A stretch of 64,000 nt of DNA from Mobula hypostoma. Taxonomy: Eukaryota. The position numbers were made by a program, and so were the translations under genes. Positions 1-12,465 of the stretch are shown here, piece after piece. The notes under the pieces were generated by a model. That model saw nothing but the letters and a program-made list of their open reading frames with translations, did not search any database and was not told the origin of the DNA. The stretch's first letter is position 1. Each line of letters opens with the position of its first letter. Location: assembly GCF_963921235.1 (NCBI RefSeq), contig NC_086108.1, forward strand, positions 59,274,001-59,338,000. Direction: 5' to 3'.

Positions 1-2148
1 AATTCAGAAACAAAGGTTCTGAACTTAAAGAGGGGTAACTTTGAAGGTATGAGACGTGAATTAGCTAAGATAGACTGGCAAATGACACTTAAAGGATTGA
101 CGGTGGATATGCAATGGCAAGCATTTAAAGGTTGCATGGATGAACTACAACAATTGTTCATCCCAGTTTGGCAAAAGAATAAATCAAGGAAGGTAGTGCA
201 CCCGTGGCTGACAAGAGAAATTAGGGATAGTATTAATTCCAAAGAAGAAGCATACAAATTAGCCAGAGAAAGTGGCTCACCTGAGGACTGGGAGAAATTC
301 AGAGTTCAGCAGAGGAGGACAAAGGGCTTAATTAGGAAGGGGAAAAAAGATTATGAGAGAAAACTGGCAGGGAACATAAAAACGGACTGTAAAAGCTTTT
401 ATAGATATGTAAAAAGGAAAAGACTGGTAAAGACAAATGTAGGTCCCCTGCAGACAGAAACAGGTGAATTGATTATGGGGAGCAAGGACATGGCAGACCA
501 ATTGAATAATTACTTTGGTTCTGTCTTCACTAAGGAGGACATAAATAATCTTCCAGAAATAGTAAGGGACAGAGGGTCCAGTGAGATGGAGGAACTGAGC
601 GAAATACATGTTAGTAGGGAAGTGGTGTTAGGTAAATTGAAGGGATTGAAGGCAGATAAATCCCTAGGGCAAGATGGTCTGCATCCTAGAGTGCTTAAAG
701 AAGTAGCCCAAGAAATAGTGGATGCATTAGTGATAATTTTTCAAAACTCGTTAGATTCTGGACTAGTTCCTGAGGATTGGAGGGTGGCTAATGTAACCCC
801 ACTTTTTAAAAAAGGAGGGAGAGAGAAACCGGGGAATTATAGACCGGTTAGCCTAACGTCGGTGGTGGGGAAACTGCTGGAGTCAGTTATCAAGGATGTG
901 ATAACAGCACATTTGGAAAGCGGTGAAATCATCGGACAAAGTCAGCATGGATTTGTGAAAGGAAAATCATGTCTGACGAATCTCATAGAATTTTTTGAGG
1001 ATGTAACTAGTAGAGTGGATAGGGGAGAACCAGTGGATGTGGTATATTTGGATTTTCAAAAGGCTTTTGACAAGGTCCCACACAGGAGATTAGTGTGCAA
1101 ACTTAAAGCACTCGGTATTGGGGGTAAGGTATTGGTGTGGGTGGAGAATTGGTTAGCAGACAGGAAGCAAAGTATGGGAATAAACGGGACCTTTTCAGAA
1201 TGGCAGGCGGTGACTAGTGGGGTACCGCAAGGCTCAGTGCTGGGACCCCAGTTGTTTACAATATATATTAATGACTTGGATGAGGGAATTAAATGCAGCA
1301 TCTCCAAGTTTGCGGATGACACGAAGCTGGGTGGCAGTGTTAGCAGTGAGGAGGATGCTAAGAGGATGCAGGGTGACTTGGATAGGTTGGGTGAGTGGGC
1401 AAATTCATGGCAGATGCAATTTAATGTGGATAAATGTGAAGTTATCCACTTTGGTGGCAAAAATAGGAAAACAGATTATTATCTGAATGGTGGCCGATTA
1501 GGAAAAGGGGAGGTGCAACGAGACCTGGGTGTCATTATACACCAGTCATTGAAAGTGGGCATGCAGGTACAGCAGGCGGTGAAAAAGGCGAATGGTATGC
1601 TGGCATTTATAGCGAGAGGATTCGAGTACAGGAGCAGGGACGTACTACTGCAGTTGTACAAGGCCTTGGTGAGACCACACCTGGAGTATTGTGTGCAGTT
1701 TTGGTCCCCTAATCTGAGGAAAGACATCTTTGCCATAGAGGGAGTACAAAGAAGGTTCACCAGATTGATTCCTGGGATGGCAGGACTTTCATATGAAGAA
1801 AGACTGGATGAATTGGGCTTGTACTCGTTGGAATTTAGAAGATTGAGGGGGGATCTGATTGAAACGTATAATATCCTAAAGGGATTGGACAGGCTAGATG
1901 CAGGAAGATTGTTCCCGATGTTGGGGAAGTCCAGAACGAGGGGTCACAGTTTGAGGATAGAGGGGAAGCCTTTTAGGACCGAGATTAGGAAAAACTTCTT
2001 CACACAGAGAGTGGAGAATCTGTGGAATTCTCTGCCACAGGAAACTGTTGAGGCCAGTTCATTGGCTATATTTAAGAGGGAGTTAGATATGGCCCTTGTG
2101 GCTACGGGGGTCAGGGGGTATGGAGGGAAGGCTGGGGCGGGGTTCTGA
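1..2148 (+). CDS. CR1-clade LINE ORF2 reverse transcriptase (5' end outside window)
   Basis: Uninterrupted frame: 699 aa from ATG at 49, and the frame is also open back to base 1. Carries CR1 RT motifs NYRPVSLTS, YLDFQKAFDKV, GVPQGSVLGP, KFADDTKL and LVRPHLEYCVQFWSP. Confidence 0.93.
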   Translation, partial: NSETKVLNLKRGNFEGMRRELAKIDWQMTLKGLTVDMQWQAFKGCMDELQQLFIPVWQKNKSRKVVHPWLTREIRDSINSKEEAYKLARESGSPEDWEKFRVQQRRTKGLIRKGKKDYERKLAGNIKTDCKSFYRYVKRKRLVKTNVGPLQTETGELIMGSKDMADQLNNYFGSVFTKEDINNLPEIVRDRGSSEMEELSEIHVSREVVLGKLKGLKADKSLGQDGLHPRVLKEVAQEIVDALVIIFQNSLDSGLVPEDWRVANVTPLFKKGGREKPGNYRPVSLTSVVGKLLESVIKDVITAHLESGEIIGQSQHGFVKGKSCLTNLIEFFEDVTSRVDRGEPVDVVYLDFQKAFDKVPHRRLVCKLKALGIGGKVLVWVENWLADRKQSMGINGTFSEWQAVTSGVPQGSVLGPQLFTIYINDLDEGIKCSISKFADDTKLGGSVSSEEDAKRMQGDLDRLGEWANSWQMQFNVDKCEVIHFGGKNRKTDYYLNGGRLGKGEVQRDLGVIIHQSLKVGMQVQQAVKKANGMLAFIARGFEYRSRDVLLQLYKALVRPHLEYCVQFWSPNLRKDIFAIEGVQRRFTRLIPGMAGLSYEERLDELGLYSLEFRRLRGDLIETYNILKGLDRLDAGRLFPMLGKSRTRGHSLRIEGKPFRTEIRKNFFTQRVENLWNSLPQETVEASSLAIFKRELDMALVATGVRGYGGKAGAGF

Positions 2149-2250
2149 GTTGGATGATCAGCCATGATCATAATAAATGGCGGTGCAGGCTCGAAGGGCC
2201 GAATGGCCTACTCCTGCACCTATTTTCTATGTTTCTATGTTTCTATGTTT
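1..2250 (+). mobile_element. Young CR1 (HER1-like) LINE, 3' portion
   Basis: RT ORF, then a 3' stem-loop GGTGCAGG...CCTGCACC (~2182-2220) and a (TTTCTATG)n tail (~2224-2250). Confidence 0.93.
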
Positions 2251-3164
2251 TCTTTTGAAAAACAAAGGTACTAATTTTGAGTATTTCCTTATAACTCTGA
2301 CACCAGAGTGTTTTAAATTACAAAAAGATGTGCTAAGGTAGACCAAAGTAAATTGATTCTGGCAATTGAAAGACCTGGATTATTGGGCCACACTTTTGTT
2401 CAACCTATAGGAATCTGTGAAGTTAGGAAATTCAATATTAGTGACAAAGACTATGCCAACATTAAAGATAAAGAAGGCAGGTAAAATTAAGGAATGTTTT
2501 TTGTGGGAAACTTTGCTTGACACTACCTTCTTTGACAAGATGGTCTTTTTCCATTCTATGTAATTTTGAAACATAAATCTGAAAAAATTGTATCATCTTG
2601 TGTTCTTTCTGACTGATATCAACTCGAATTTAAAAATTATTGTGCTGATCTTCCAGACATGATGTACATCCATAACAATGGTAACATTCTCATCAGAATT
2701 TTCTGTAATTTGGCTGGTTTTTAATTATACCTTGTACTAAAGTGGCGAGAAATGGATGGAATGGTTAAGGGTTTACCGATCAGAGCAGCAATGCCATGAG
2801 GGCAATTGCTTCCAATGCCTTTTGGTGAATGGAGAACTGGATTGCTACTTTACTAAACTATTGTAGGTATTTATCATGATCTTTTCAACTGAATAAACCT
2901 TATCCTCCGTCATCTGTTTGTTTTGAAAATTGAAACAAATACTGGCCTTTTCTAATTCACATCACATTCTTTGTTCTTGATTTGAAAGCTACAGTATTTA
3001 TTTGCACTTTTACCTATCTCCTAATCTCTCATCATATTCAATTCTTTTTTTTACTCTGCATATTGTGTGTATACAGTATAGTTAAAACCTAGATATTAAA
3101 ACCTGTAAAGTTGAAACCCATAATAGGTCAGGAAATATTTGTAGTGAAGCAAATAATAGATAGA

Positions 3165-3386
3165 GACATAGAAAACCTACAGCACAATACAGACCCTTCG
3201 GCCCACAGAGTTGTGCCGAACATGTCCCTACCTTAGAAATTACTAGGCTTACTTATAACCCTCCATTTTACTAAGCTCCATGTACCTATCTAAAAGTCTC
3301 TTAAAAGATCCTATCGTATCCACTTCTATCCACTTCCACCACCATTGTCGGCAGCCCATTCCACGCACTCACCAGTCTCTTAGTAA
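3165..3386 (-). mobile_element. CR1 3' fragment
   Basis: Reverse complement of the CR1 tail (catagaaaacctacagcacaatacag...ccttcggccc...cccattccacgcactcacc), matching the 3' end of the CR1 at 10260-10460. Confidence 0.8.
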
Positions 3387-4059
3387 AGATAGGTCTGAAA
3401 ATAACATCAGTATGTGGTGATGAAACAGAAACTTTGCAATTAAATGTGCATGATCAGGAAATCGCTATTTTGTCACCAGAATGCATAACTTTTCCACCTG
3501 ATCACTCTTCAAAGAACTTGCAAGAAGCTTCTGTAATTATCCTCTGGGGAGGAGCTAAACTCCCCAGGAAAGATTGCAGCCTATCTATTCCAACCGTAGT
3601 ATACTTTTAACAAAATGTTAAAAATTTCAAGTATTCACCCTGGTTCAGAAAATTAGCATCTGTCAGGTGGAAGTTTAATTCAATTAACAATTGTAAGGTG
3701 GGAGTCTATTTCAGTTAGATTACCATAATTAAATGAAATATTATATATAACTTATCTGAAAAATGTTATCCCGTATCTTTTGCTTTACATCAAAAAATTC
3801 CTTCAATCACATTATTTAACCTTCTCCATCTGCAATTATACCTATTTCAACATTCTAACTGGCACTTCCTGATTCACTTCTTGTTAAATTCTTTGAAGTA
3901 ATTGATGACAATGCAAGAGTTAGAAGTAGGTGTAGTTCATTTGGCCCTTTAATGCCTGTTCCACCAATCAGAAGGAGCTTGGATGATTGTTTACCTCATG
4001 GTTACTTTCCTGTACTAACACCAAATCCCTTGATTCCCTTAATATCCAAAAGTGTATCG

Positions 4060-5810
4060 ATCGGAAGAATAAAACTGCAGCTATGAAGATACCTGCAGCA
4101 TTCAGTGACCCTGTGATCTCTGACTCCGAGGTCAATGTCAGAACATCTTTCAAGAGGGTGGGCCCTTGCAATGCGATAAATCCTGATGGAGTACCACATA
4201 GGGCTCTGAAAACCAGTGCCACCCAACTGGAGGGTCTGTTCAAAGATAATTTCAATCTCATTGCTGCAGTTGGAAGTTTCCACCTGCTTCAGAAGGCAAC
4301 AATCATATCAGTACTCAAAAAGAGCAGTGAGAGTTGCCTTAACGACTATCATCCAATAGCTCACATCTAGGGTGATGAAATGGATGAAATGCTTTGAGAA
4401 GTTGGTTATGGTGAGAATAAATTTCTACCTCAGCAAGGACCTGGACCCCACTGCAATTTGCCTATCGTCATACACACAAAAAATGCTGATGAACGCTGCA
4501 GGCCAGGCAGCATCTATAGGAAGAGGTACAGTTGACTTTTCAGCTGTGTGTTGCTTGAATTTCCAGCATCTGCAGATTTCCTCGTGTTTGCCTATCGCCA
4601 CAATAGGTCTACAGCAGATTCAATCTCAATGGCTCTTCACGCAGCCTTGGATCACCTGGATAATACTAATACTTACATCAAGCTGCTGTTTATTGACTAC
4701 AGCTCAGCATTTAACACAATCATTCCCACAGTTGTTCTGATCAAAAAACTCCAGAATCTGGGCCCCCTAAAACTGGATCCTCAACTTCCTAATTGGAAGA
4801 CCACAATCTGTGCGGATCAGAAATAACATCTCCTCTTTTCTGATAATCAATACTGTCGTGCCTCAAGGATGTGTGTTTAGCCCACGGCAGTACGGTCTAC
4901 ACTCCTGACTGTGTGGCTAGACACAGTTAAAATGCCATCTATAGATTTGCTGATGACACAACTTGGCAGAATTTCAGATGGTGACGAGAAAGTGTACAGA
5001 AGCAAGATGGATCCGCTGGCTGACTGGTGTCACAGCAACAACCTTACACTTAGCATCAGCAAGACCAAAGAATTGATTGCAGATTTCAGAAAGGGTAAGA
5101 TGAGAGAACATACACTAGTCTTCATCAAGGGATCATAAGTGGAAAGGGTGAGCAATTTCAAGTTCATGGGTGTCAACATCTCTGAGGATCTATTTTGGGG
5201 CCAACACATCGATGCAAGGCACAACGGTAGATATACTTCATTAGGACTTTGAGGAGATTTGGTATATCACCAAAGACACTCGCAAATATCGACAGATATA
5301 CCATGGGGAGCATTCTAACTGGCTGCATCACCATCTAGTATGGGGGGAGGGTGGTGGGGGACCCTGCACAGCATTGAAATAAACTGTAGAAATTTGTAAA
5401 CTCAGTGAGCTCCATTGTGGGCACTCGCCTCCCCAGCATCCAGGGTTGATTCCTCAAAAAGGCAGCACCCATCATTAAGGACCACCATCACCCAGAACAT
5501 GCCCCCTTCTCATTGCTACCGTCAGGTAGGAGGTATAGGAACCGAAAGGCACACACTCAGTGATTCAGGAACAGCTTCTTCCCCTCTGCCATCTGATTTC
5601 TGAATGAATATTGAACCCATGAACACTACCTCACTACTTGTTAAAGGTTCTTTTGCAATGCTTTATTTAATTTAACTTTTTAATATATGGATACACAAAT
5701 ATTCTTCAATTTACAGTTTTTATTATTATGTATTGCAATTCTCTGCTGCCACATAACAAAGAAGTTTCAGACATATGCCAGTGATATTAAATATTATTCC
5801 GATTCTGATC
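4060..5810 (+). mobile_element. Decayed Rex1/Babar LINE
   Basis: Frameshifted RT pieces [44 protein letters not shown] and KTKELIADFRK; GATTCT-type tail near 5800. Confidence 0.85.
4471..4586. mobile_element. Short PLE-derived insertion with internal inversion, inside Rex1
   Basis: TSD TTTGCCTATCG(T/C)CA at 4457-4470 and 4587-4600. A minus-oriented segment (to ~4543) is joined to the plus-oriented family 3' end (tgtgtgttgcttgaatttccagcatctgcaga). Confidence 0.85.
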
Positions 5811-5814
5811 TGTC

Positions 5815-7210
5815 TCGAGTAAACTCAGTGATTTATAATTAAAGTGTACTTATGTCTTTCTTGCAAACATTTATAGGAAAAGAAGAAACGCAAAAGAATT
5901 TTAAGTGAAAGTTTACATGAAGACTGACAAACACCAATAAGCAAAAGAAGACAAACTAAAGAAATAAAAATAATAGGAGGAGAGGAGAAGATGGCAGCGC
6001 AACGCAGCGCGCAGCGGTCACTCCGGTGATGAATATCTGTTATTTGTCAAGTAGGGTGCTGTGTACAATTCTGATTTGATGGAGGCAGCATGAGAGCATG
6101 GAGGAACATCTGGTGAAACTTCTGAAATGCCTGTTTCGCTGCCGCTGCTACTGTGTGATCCAAAATTTCCAGAGGGGAAGGCCCCAAGTCCTCAGCTTTG
6201 CTTGTTGCTCAGCAGCCAGGGCAGGGTCGAAGTGCTCGGTGCTCGGTGTCGGAGGGCTGGTCGGAGGCTCGAAGCTTTCGGACGTACTCAGAGTCGGACT
6301 GTGGTCGGGTGCTTCCAGGGTGCTGCACTGGCAAGTTTGCGGCGCTGGAGGCTCATGGCAGGGAGAGTTTCTCCCTTCTACCGTCTGCGTGAGATGTTGG
6401 GGCTATCGGGACTTTGAGACTTTTTTTTACCCTGCCCATGGTCTGCTCTTTATCAAATTACGGTATTGCTTTGCACTGTTGTAACTATATGTTATAATTA
6501 TGTGGTTTTTTTCAGTTTTAGTCTTGGTCTGTCCTGTGTTTCTGTGATATCATACTGGAGGAACATTGTATCATTTCTCAATGCATGCATTTCTAAATGA
6601 CAATAAACGAGGACTGAGTGCCCTCATAATCTAATCTAATCTAATACCGAGAACATGAATGAAAGGAGCCCTTGAAAGTAAGTCTGTAGATTGCAGAATC
6701 AGTTGACGTGTTAGTGAATGCAGTTATCCATGCCAGTTCAGGAGCCTGATGGTTGTAGAGTAATAACTGCTCCTGAACCTGGAACCTACCACCCACCCAA
6801 CGAGAAGTGGGCATAACATGGATGGTGGGTATCTTCGATGATGGATGCTGCTTCCTTGTGGCAGCGCTCCATGTAAATATACTTAATGGCAGGAAAGGCT
6901 TTGATTCAGCCAACAACAGGTCCATCGTCGACAACTTAAATAAGCATTGGGGCTGTGCTTAGCCACACAATCATAAGTATAAATTGAGTAGTTCAAGGGT
7001 CTAAGCACACAGCTCTGTGCTGATGGTGAGTGTGAAGGAGACGTTATTGCCAATCTGTACTAACTGGTATCTGCTGGTGAGGAGATCAAGGATCCAATTG
7101 CACAGGGACGTACCGAGGCTCAGGTCTTGGAGCTGAATGTTGGGTTTCAAGGGGATGATAGTGTTGAATGCTGAGCTGACATATGCATCTTCATTGTCCA
7201 TATATTCCAG
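5815..7210 (-). mobile_element. Decayed Rex1/Babar 3' fragment, interrupted by a younger element
   Basis: Minus-strand SSAFNTIIP...[10 protein letters not shown] peptide (7001-7201); 3' UTR similar to other Rex1 copies; split at ~5976-6644. Confidence 0.7.
5976..6644 (+). mobile_element. Non-autonomous non-LTR retroelement (probably Rex1-mobilised)
   Basis: Begins near AAGATGGCAG, has a GC/CpG-rich body with no RT motif, and ends with AATAAA plus an (ATCTA)n tail; TAATA on both flanks. Confidence 0.6.
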
Positions 7211-9004
7211 AAATGGGTGAGCCTTTTAGTCCTCTTGGATGAATTCCTTTTAATCTAAGTACTGCCTTCCCCAAACGGTTAAACCTGATCTTTACACAAT
7301 ATTCTACAAGCAATCTTGCTAGGTCGCTATATAATTGGAACATCTTTACTCTTGTACTCAAATACTCTTGTTGATAAGGCCACTATATCACTTGAGTACC
7401 TAATCACTTGCTGTACTTGCATGATAACTTTTAATGGCTTTTCTACAATTGGTTTCGGAGATATACAATTACTTGCTCATCAAGACCTTGGATGTTCTGT
7501 GGACTCTTCGGATATAAAGCTGGTTTCAAAGTACAATACCATAGATAAGGTTATGGGTAAAATGAAAGTAAAATAGGACATGTATTTGCAGCAGCAGCAA
7601 AACTCAGTAATACTATTTCAGTTCAATGACCTAATATCACAATGTACCATTTCTCTTTTTTTGTGTTTAATTATTACATGTCCATATGTCGAGTAACATC
7701 ATTCCCACTTCATCCAGCACAGTCAATAAAGAGAAAATACTAGTGCAAATCAACTCTTTCCAGGTCCTCCCCAGTTTAAAAGCACCTGCCTTTTCGACAA
7801 CCCATATACTGCACATGAACAAGGTTACTGCTGTCTCTTGAAGGGCTGCCACCTGGGAACACAGTTTGTCGCCACGTTTCTGACTTGCAAATTGTCTGCG
7901 TTCTGAACAGTTCACAGGAATAGAACTCTGCTGTAACGTGGGCATGACCTGTAATGGGGTCGTTGCCCTGGAAGCTGGCATCAACCTGATGGGCTCTTTG
8001 GTCTCCTTCTCTGTCATTATGAGAAAACCTAATTGTAAAGTAAGCTTAAAATTGGCTTCAGAACTTTAAAAATTGTAGAGTTTCAAATCAAATTCAAAAT
8101 TAAGCTTGTCAATATTTTTGTTAAAACTCAAAGCTATAGAATTAGGAGCAAGGAGACTGGTTCATGACCTTGCTGATGGTAAATGTCACTAACTTTTTGA
8201 TATGTAATATATGCAAATTCTATTAGTTTTTCCAATGTCTTTTATAAATAACATTTGCTATGAAAAGTAGAATATTGCCATTTTAACAATCAAGATTTAT
8301 GGATGATTTGAATGAACAGGAAAGCTGCTGAAAACTGGCAACAAAACTATTATTTGGTATTTATTTTCACTCCCATATTGTGTGCCATTTATTGCAATTA
8401 AAGCAAACAAACTTTGGTATGAGGCCATAAGAAAAAAACCCACACTTTTTGAAAAGGATAGACTATTTTCACTTCTTGATGTACAATTGAAGTTATATAT
8501 ATTGAACTGAATAGAATATAAATTTAGTTGATATCATTAAAATAATTTATGTAAATAGGTGTATTTCATATGTTGCATCTTTTTTAAACAAACATAAATA
8601 TTCATCTTTTATTGTTACTGCTTACATTTGCCATTATACTTAGCTGAATAAGACAATCAATGTTCATCATTGACTATAAATGTAAACATAAGTATTAATG
8701 ATAAAAATTAACATTTATGTTTATTTGTTCTGTCAATTTTGTATTAAATTCTATAGTAATCTGTAGGAAAACAGTAAAACACTGTACCTTTTATGTGCCT
8801 GGTAGACATTCTCATCTTTATTTTAATTTGGATTACATCAAATTTGATGTTGGGTATTCTCCTATGCAACATAAAGTCTCTATTGAATACAGGCTGATAA
8901 AAATTTGCATAATTTGCATTTCTTGATTGGTATGGATATAGTGGGCCAAATTACCTGTTTCTTTGTCGTTTGACTCCATAACTCTCAGTACAAAACCACT
9001 CAAC

Positions 9005-10460
9005 TTGATTGGTAAGTTGATGGAGAAGATCCTGAGAGGCAGGATTTATGAACATTTGGAGAGGCATAATATGATTAGGAATATTCAGCATGGATTTGTC
9101 AAAGGCAGGTCGTGCCTTACAAGCTTGATTGAATTTTTTGAAGATGTGACTAAACACATTGATGAAGGTAGAGTAGTAGATGTAGTGTATATAGATTTCA
9201 ACAAGGCATTTGGCAAGGTACCCCATGCAAGACTAATTGAGAAAGTAATAAGGCATGGGATCCAAGGGGACATTGCCTTGTGGATCCAGAATTGGCTTAC
9301 CCACAGAAGGCAAAAAGTGTTTGTAGACAGGTCATATTCTGCATGGAGGTCGGTCACCAGTGGTGTGCCTCAGAGATCTGTTCTGGGACCCCTACTCTTC
9401 ATCATATTTATAAATGACCTGGATGAAAAAGTAGAGGGATGGGTTAGTAAATTTGCTGATGACACAAAGGTTGGAGATGTTGTGGATAGTGTGGAGGGCT
9501 GTCAGGGGTTACAGCCAGACATTGATAGGGTGCAAAACTGGGCTGAGAAGTGGCAGATGGAATTCAACCCAGATAAGTGTGAGGTGGTTCATTTTGGGAG
9601 GTCAAATATGATGACAGAATATAGTATTAATGGTAAGACTCTTGGCAGTTTGGAGGATCAGAGGGATCTTGGGGTCCGAGTCCATAAGACACTCAAAGCT
9701 GCTGCGCAGGTTGACTCTGTGGTTAAGAAGGCATACAGTGCATTGGCCTTCATCAATCATGGTACTGAGTTTTAAACACAAAATAATCTGCAGATGCTGG
9801 GGTCAAAGCAACACTCACAACACGCTGGAGGAACTCATGTGGAAAAGATCAGTCGACGTTTCGGGCCGGTATTGAGTTTACGAGCTGAGAAGTAATGTTG
9901 CAGCTATGTAGGACCCTGGTCAGAACCTGCTTGGAGTATTGTGCTCAGCTCTGGTCGCCACACTATAGGAAGGATGTGGAAACCATAGGAAGGGTGCAGA
10001 GGAGATTTACAAGGATGTTGCCTGGATTGGGGAGCATGCCTTATGAGAATAGGTTGAGTGAATTCGGCCTTTTTTCCTAGGAGCTACGGAGGGTGAGAGG
10101 TGACCTGATAGAGGTGTATAAGATGGTGAGAGGCAATGATTGTGTGGATAATCGGAGGCTTTTTCCCAGGGCTGAAATGGCTAGCATGAGAGTGCACAGT
10201 TTTAAGGTGTTTGGAAGTAGGTACAGAGGAGATATCAGTGCTCAGTTTTTTATGCAGAGAGTGGTGAGTGCGTGGAATGGGCTGCCGGCAATGGTGGTAG
10301 AGGAGGATACAATAGGGTCTTTTAAGAGACTCCTGGACAGGTACATGGAGCTCATAAAAATAGAGGGCTATGGGTAATCCTAGTTAATTTCTAAGGAAAT
10401 GACATGTTTGGCACAGCTTTATGGGTCGAAGGGCCTGTATTGTGCTGTAGGTTTTCTACA
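9005..10460 (+). mobile_element. 5'-truncated CR1 LINE interrupted by a PLE-derived insert
   Basis: RT ORF pieces 8963-9775, 9895-10080 and 10093-10377 (QHGFVKGRSCLTSL, KFADDTK); CR1 tail at ~10425-10460. Confidence 0.9.
9773..9867 (-). mobile_element. Short PLE-derived insertion, truncated within hammerhead stem II
   Basis: TSD GGTA(C/T)TGAGTTT at 9761-9772 and 9868-9879. The minus strand reads ggcccgaaacgtcgactg...cagcatctgcaga. Confidence 0.8.
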
Positions 10461-11191
10461 TTTTTATATTCCTTAACTTGCTTTCTGTAACCAATAATGA
10501 TTGTTATTGTAAATGGTACCTTGTTTCAGGTACTCTCCCCTCCATTTTACCTCCTCAAAATAGTCACCCTGAAGCCTTATTCTTGCAAATAACTCCTACC
10601 ATTTCCAATTTCGTTTTTTCTTTCTTAAGCTGTTGTCAATGCCAAAATCTGACCAGTCCTTCTTGCATTATGTCTGAAAGTCTCCACTTTTTCTATCCCT
10701 GTCACAGCACTAAATGTGCTCTAAAGACAGTAACAAATTATTTGACTATGATGGTGACTACGACATATCACCTTCAGACCATCCGCCACCAATATCTCTC
10801 CTCTATTGACCAGCCTAAGGAACAGATCTCACCTGTTCCCTCCTTTGAATCAATAGTTCAGTGTCTGCTTATCTCTTTAGACTACTATGAAGTTGGCTTA
10901 GACCATTCACATATGTTAAGTATGCTATTGCCACTCAATGTCCAACCATACATCCCCATTGTTAGAGGTAGAAATGGGTAAGGTTGGCCAACAGGGCTGT
11001 GGTGATGCTGTCTAGACCAATCCCCTGTACAATGGATGCAATGGATTGAAGAATTGTTGATGAACTCCAACCAAACTATCGACTTCGGAGGACGATGGAG
11101 ACGAGAGGTCATCGATGGCCTATGCTCCACTGGGAGCTAAGAGCGCAAGTAATTATGTTAGTAAATAAATACGCTATTGCTGGGTTTGAAG

Positions 11192-12140
11192 TGTTACAAT
11201 ATGCTCCAAACTGTGTCAGCTTCTGGGATTTAGACACTCTAACTCGCTGAGTACAGATAGTGGGACGGCCCCTATAAGGATTCAGGATGGTCCCACTACA
11301 TGATAATCATGCTTTGGTCGCCAAGAAACGAGTATCTAAGGAACACTTGAACTGCGTTTCAGTGCTCAGTCATAAGCCTACTAGTGATATTGTCTAGTAC
11401 TTGTTTTGTGCTCAGATCCAGTACGATTGAGCTAACATGGAAACAGTGGGGTATCAGAGCCTTTCATCAACTATGGCCTTGACAGTGAGAAAATTTCCAT
11501 ACAGAGCCTGGAGATACACAACCTCCAGGTCGCTATTTGCCAACTATTGCAGAGAGGAAGCCAAAGTTTCTCAGCTGAGGCTCTCAGCCGCCCTGCGGAG
11601 CCAGTCCACCTTCCAACCCCAGAGAGATTTGATGGTGACCTGGGTTCTTGTTGCAGCTTCCTCCTCTAATGCTCGTTCGTTAGTGTTTGAGCTCCAGCCT
11701 TCCTGGTTCCCTTCGGAGTCCGGAAAAATGACCTTCATTATCTCTCTTCTGACTGGAAGAGCACTGGCCTGAGTCGCCGCATATTGGGAATGTAGGTCAG
11801 AGGTCTGTTTGGATTCAGAGGAATTCAAAGGAAGGTGTTTCATCACGCCAGCTGAGCCTCGGACTGCCTGATGAAGATTCCACAGGGGAGACAGCGGCTG
11901 ACTATGCAGTCGTATTCTGGACCTCGGCTCAGGAGAGTGGTTGAAACGGCAAGGCAATGGCCGCGCTATACTGTCATGGACTCTTTGGGGGAGCCAGCCA
12001 AGGACTCAGAGGTTCTGATCGACCAGTCCAATCGTCTCGATAATCATCTGGCAGAGCTTTATGGGATCAACTTCAGGAGGTCGAAGACAGCCAGCTCCTA
12101 CGCATTGCAGTTCCACTCCCCAACCTTGGATCACCTCATG
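11192..12140 (+). mobile_element. Decayed Ty3/Gypsy LTR retrotransposon: putative 5' LTR plus gag remnant
   Basis: Across frameshifts and stops it reads PERFDGDLGSCCSFL...SLVFELQPSWFPSESGKMTFIISLLTGRALA*VAAYWE...ADYAVVFWTSAQESG*NGKAMAALYCHGL, typical of Retrotrans_gag (sushi/PEG10-like). The TG start at 11192 is a tentative LTR edge. Confidence 0.75.
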
Positions 12141-12465
12141 TAAATAGAGTTAGTGTAGATAGTACAAGTGCAGCAATGTCATGGAGGGCCGAAGGTCCAT
12201 GTTATATGATGCTATGACTCTATTTAATATTGTTTTAGGGAGAATTGATGAAGTTTGAGTAATATACTCACCATGTGACATTTTTTGATTTGTATCAGAG
12301 TTCAATTTTGTAAGTTATTTATTTTGTTCATTTTGTACTTGCTGAGAAGAAATTTTCAAGAGAGTTTGTCAAATTGAGTAGGATATCATGATCATAAAAC
12401 AAGATCTGGTGGATTTGAGCAAATGGAAACAAGCCCTATTATCCTTAATCAAATAGTAAATAAGT

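Noticed and set aside
328..2171. Antisense and alternate-frame ORFs over CR1 (and similar ones over other LINEs)
   Set aside because: Shadow ORFs of RT coding sequence, repeated in each CR1 copy.
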